From: Candidatus Latescibacterota bacterium
GTDB lineage: Bacteria; Latescibacterota; UBA2968; UBA8231
Reading direction: 5' to 3'
DNA: 64,000 bases
Assembly: GCA_965261395.1 (NCBI GenBank)
Contig: OZ253462.1
Coordinates: 4,416,001 to 4,480,000, forward strand
Below the pieces are notes generated by a model. That model worked only from the letters and a program-made list of their open reading frames with translations. It had not been told where the DNA came from and made no database searches. The stretch's first letter is position 1. Each line of letters opens with the position of its first letter. Below are positions 61,074 through 64,000 of the stretch, in pieces. A program made the position numbers and the translations under genes.

Positions 61074-61280
61074 ATGCAATACAGTGTCGTCATCGAAAAG
61101 ACCGACAACGGCTACTCGGCTTATGCGCCCGATTTGCCGGGCTGCATCGCCGCCGGAGATTCGCAGGTCGAAGTGGAGGAATTGATCCGCGAAGCGATCA
61201 TCATGCACTTGGAATCGCTGCGGGAGCACGGCGACCCAGTACCTGAACCGCAAACTTCCGTCGCCCTAGTCGAGGTATAA
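61074..61280 (+). CDS. hicB: Short HicB antitoxin
   Basis: YSAYAPDLPGCIAAGD..EAI..HLE; GAGGAG SD. Confidence 0.9.
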   Translation: MQYSVVIEKTDNGYSAYAPDLPGCIAAGDSQVEVEELIREAIIMHLESLREHGDPVPEPQTSVALVEV

Positions 61281-61303
61281 GCGTACACAAATAAGCGAAA
61301 GGC

Positions 61304-61591
61304 GTGAAGGTGCCGGAAGCTGAGCGCGTAGAAGTTACCAACGATACCCTGATGGCGGATCTCTCCGACGGATGGACCATCTCTGTTCCGTTGGCTTGGT
61401 ATCCTAGGCTAGTTCATGCGACGCCCCCAGAAAGACGCAACTGGCGGCTTATCGGTGTAGGCCAGGGAATCCACTGGCCCGACCTAGACGAGGATATCAG
61501 CGTGGAGGGTTTGCTAGCAGGTAGGCCCTTTGGGGAGAGCCAAGAGTCTTTGAAGCGGTGGTTAGAAGCGCGGCAGACAGGGTTGCAATGA
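61304..61591 (+). CDS. DUF2442 family protein
   Basis: LSDG.TISVPLAWYPRL, GIHWPDLDEDISVEGLL. Confidence 0.85.
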   Translation: MKVPEAERVEVTNDTLMADLSDGWTISVPLAWYPRLVHATPPERRNWRLIGVGQGIHWPDLDEDISVEGLLAGRPFGESQESLKRWLEARQTGLQ

Positions 61592-61729
61592 GCTTGCAAA
61601 CCGTCTGAGATCCGCTGGCTGTCCGGTGAATCTGGACGGAACTGACTGGCACTGCGCCGGTGATTTTGACGCCGCTCTCAAGTTGGATGAGATTGACACC
61701 GCGATACGGGAATTGCATAGGAGGGCGCA

Positions 61730-62569
61730 ATGACCACGACTCAACTGAACATCACATTTGAGGGGCCACAGGTTAGCGCGGAGGGTGTGGCGGTGGACGA
61801 CTTGCAGCCGGTGCTGGAGCGGATCCAGCGTGCGGTGCGGCTCATGGTGGAGCACCTAGCGCGCGCCGATGGGACGCCGGAGTTGGCGCGAAAGCACAGC
61901 GAACTGCGTCCGGTGCGGATTTCGCCGGGAGCGGCAAACGTCCAACTCAAGCTGGCCCACGCGCCCAACGGACAGCATCCCCATGAGGAATACGGCCCCC
62001 GTGCGCTGCGAGCCATTCTGGATTGGCCTAACAACGCTAGCCTAGCACTGCCGGAGGATGTCACCAACCAGCTAAGCAGTATCGGTGAGGGGCTATCGCC
62101 TGAGATCAGCGTGGTCTGGCTCGGCGATCCGAGCAGTGGCCGATGTCTGGAGTTCCGACGTGCTGGACTAGATCAACCTCAGCAGGTCCCGGACGCTAAG
62201 GCACTCTTGTACGGCTGGCTGAAGGAAGTGAACTGGGCACAGGGCACAGCGCAACTCCACGAGCATGAAGACAAATACGTACAGTTGCGGTTCGATGCCG
62301 CACTCAACTATGAGATGCGCCGCCTAGCGACCCAGTATGTCGAGGTCAGAGGTCGAGGTCAGTTCAACAAGGACGATAGCTGGCACATCGTTCAGGTGGA
62401 GCAGATCAGCGAAACGCGCTCGTGGCGCGAACCCTTCGACTTGGAACTCTTTCACAACAACCCCAACCCGAAGATATTCGACCCCGACAAGATGGTCACC
62501 ATCGACCTAACGGATGAAGAGTGGGAGTCCTACAACCGCGCCATCCGTGAAGGTGTGGCCAAACCCTAA
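61730..62569 (+). CDS. Hypothetical protein
   Basis: 279 aa with AGGAGG SD; 3' end merges into a PIN fragment. Confidence 0.7.
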   Translation: MTTTQLNITFEGPQVSAEGVAVDDLQPVLERIQRAVRLMVEHLARADGTPELARKHSELRPVRISPGAANVQLKLAHAPNGQHPHEEYGPRALRAILDWPNNASLALPEDVTNQLSSIGEGLSPEISVVWLGDPSSGRCLEFRRAGLDQPQQVPDAKALLYGWLKEVNWAQGTAQLHEHEDKYVQLRFDAALNYEMRRLATQYVEVRGRGQFNKDDSWHIVQVEQISETRSWREPFDLELFHNNPNPKIFDPDKMVTIDLTDEEWESYNRAIREGVAKP

Positions 62570-62744
62570 TATGGTGCAAATCTCCGCAAATCTCCGCAGC
62601 GAACGAGAGAAATCAGGACGCAGGCTGAATACGGCAGACGCTTGGATCTCTGCAACAGCCATCATGCTGCGATGTCCACTAGCGTCTAACGACGGAGATT
62701 TCGGAGACATTCCAAATCTGCAACTAATTAGAGCACCGTCCTGA
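62545..62744 (+). pseudogene. VapC/PIN toxin C-terminal remnant
   Basis: GRRLNTADAWISATA...PLASNDGDF; N-terminal catalytic Asp region absent; start approximate. Confidence 0.7.
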
Positions 62745-62790
62745 TAACCTCTTTAGTACACAATTTCATCCCTAAACTACTAGGTATCCC

Positions 62791-63534
62791 ATGCAAAACC
62801 CTATCAAAGAACAGCTTGCCGCCGGGCAGCCTTCCATCGGCTCCTGGCTCAACCTAACCTCGCCGCTGGCAGCCGAAGTCATGGCTGCAGCCGGCTTCAA
62901 ATGGCTGGTAGTCGATGCCGAGCACTCGGCCTTTGACCTCGGCCACATCGCCCATACCTTCCGCGCCATCGAGGCGCGAGGTGCCCTGCCCTTGGCCCGC
63001 GCCTGGGATCACGACCCGACCACGGCCGCCCGCCTGCTCGACGCCGGAGCCTGGGGCTTGGTCTTTCCACACGTCAGCACCCCAGAGCAAGCCGAAAAGC
63101 TAGCCCAAGCCGTGCGCTATCCACCGCGCGGCAACCGGTCGGTGGGCACGGGCCGCTGCGTCACGTTGGCCCCGGATTATCGCCAAAGCTTTGACGACGC
63201 CGTCCTCTGCATCCCGCAGATCGAGGACATGGAGGGCATTGAAAACGCCGAGGCCATCGCCCGCGTTGAGGGTATCGATATCGGCTTCCTCGGGCCGGGC
63301 GATTTGGCCATGTCCATGGGCGTCACTGCTGGACACCCCGACCACGAGGCCGCCTTGCAGGCTTTTCGCGCCGGCTGCGTCAAAGCCGGCAAACCCAGCG
63401 GCATCCCGGTCAAGGACTCCGCCGAAGTCAAGCGGCGCATCGCCGAGGGCTTCCAGTTCATCGACTTCAGCAACGATATGCGGTTTTTGGAAACCACGGT
63501 ACAAGCCGCCTACCGCGAAGCCACGGCTGGATGA
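62791..63534 (+). CDS. HpcH/HpaI aldolase
   Basis: VDAEHS, LLDAGA, RYPPRG.R, QIE, FLGPGDL. Confidence 0.92.
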   Translation: MQNPIKEQLAAGQPSIGSWLNLTSPLAAEVMAAAGFKWLVVDAEHSAFDLGHIAHTFRAIEARGALPLARAWDHDPTTAARLLDAGAWGLVFPHVSTPEQAEKLAQAVRYPPRGNRSVGTGRCVTLAPDYRQSFDDAVLCIPQIEDMEGIENAEAIARVEGIDIGFLGPGDLAMSMGVTAGHPDHEAALQAFRAGCVKAGKPSGIPVKDSAEVKRRIAEGFQFIDFSNDMRFLETTVQAAYREATAG

Positions 63535-64000
63535 ACATCCTCAACTTCGGCTCGCTCAACATCGACCTCGTTTATCAAGTCGAGCACATCGCCCGCTCGG
63601 GCGAGACCATCGCCAGCTCGACGCACCAAGTCTTTGCCGGCGGCAAGGGTGCCAATCAATCAGCGGCCCTTGCCCGCGCTGGCGCGCGCGTCTTTCACGC
63701 TGGCCAAGTCGGGCCAGATGGACAATGGCTGGTCGATAAACTGGCTGGGCTGGGCGTGGATGTGCAGCACATCCGCGTCGGTGACGTACCTACTGGCCAC
63801 GCCATTATCCAAGTTGACCGCCACGGCCAAAACAGCATTGTCCTCTTTGCCGGGGCCAATGCCCAAATAGACAGAGGGGCCATAGACACCGCGCTATCTC
63901 ATTTTGACCAAGTGGATATCCTCCTCTTGCAGAATGAGATAAACGACATTGCTTACATCATAACCTCAGCCTCCGAGCGGGGTCTGACGATATGCTTAAA
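63531..64000 (+). CDS. rbsK: Ribokinase (partial, runs off window)
   Basis: ATGA overlap; MNILNFGSLNID...GGKGANQSAALARAG...LLLQNEI. Confidence 0.85.
   Translation, partial: MNILNFGSLNIDLVYQVEHIARSGETIASSTHQVFAGGKGANQSAALARAGARVFHAGQVGPDGQWLVDKLAGLGVDVQHIRVGDVPTGHAIIQVDRHGQNSIVLFAGANAQIDRGAIDTALSHFDQVDILLLQNEINDIAYIITSASERGLTICL

Overview
GC-rich bacterial chromosome segment. The secreted proteins (FlgD-type Ig C-terminus, 'TAVE..SWG.IK' tail) suggest a Ca. Latescibacterota/Handelsmanbacteria-like organism; this is inference only. In order: secreted-protein cluster; atypical sugar ABC permease/SBP set; a coupled PTS-IIA / dead helicase / UvrD helicase / Fe-S PD-(D/E)XK nuclease operon; GT-C glycosylation genes; a lower-GC methyltransferase + radical-SAM islet; heptose-type nucleotide-sugar genes; SDRs; groES-groEL behind a consensus sigma-54 promoter, with a His-rich GroEL tail; a ~12 kb metal island (TonB receptor, CzcCBA-type RND, DUF318 permease, CDF remnant disrupted by a miniature element, ZIP); Gfo/Idh/MocA genes; a second sugar ABC set; fused IOR; a surface-glycan operon ending in a Tat molybdoenzyme; ispG; a decaying toxin-antitoxin cluster; HpcH aldolase; partial ribokinase. 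Best candidate for a new system: a 104-aa His/Cys leader ending in RGPP. Its stop-codon region is exactly complementary to the 9 nt between SD and ATG of the downstream lipoprotein-TonB receptor operon, which fits a metal-sensing ribosome-stalling switch lacking the usual CxxC. No tRNA, rRNA or CRISPR array was seen. All calls come from manual motif reading; no searches were run.
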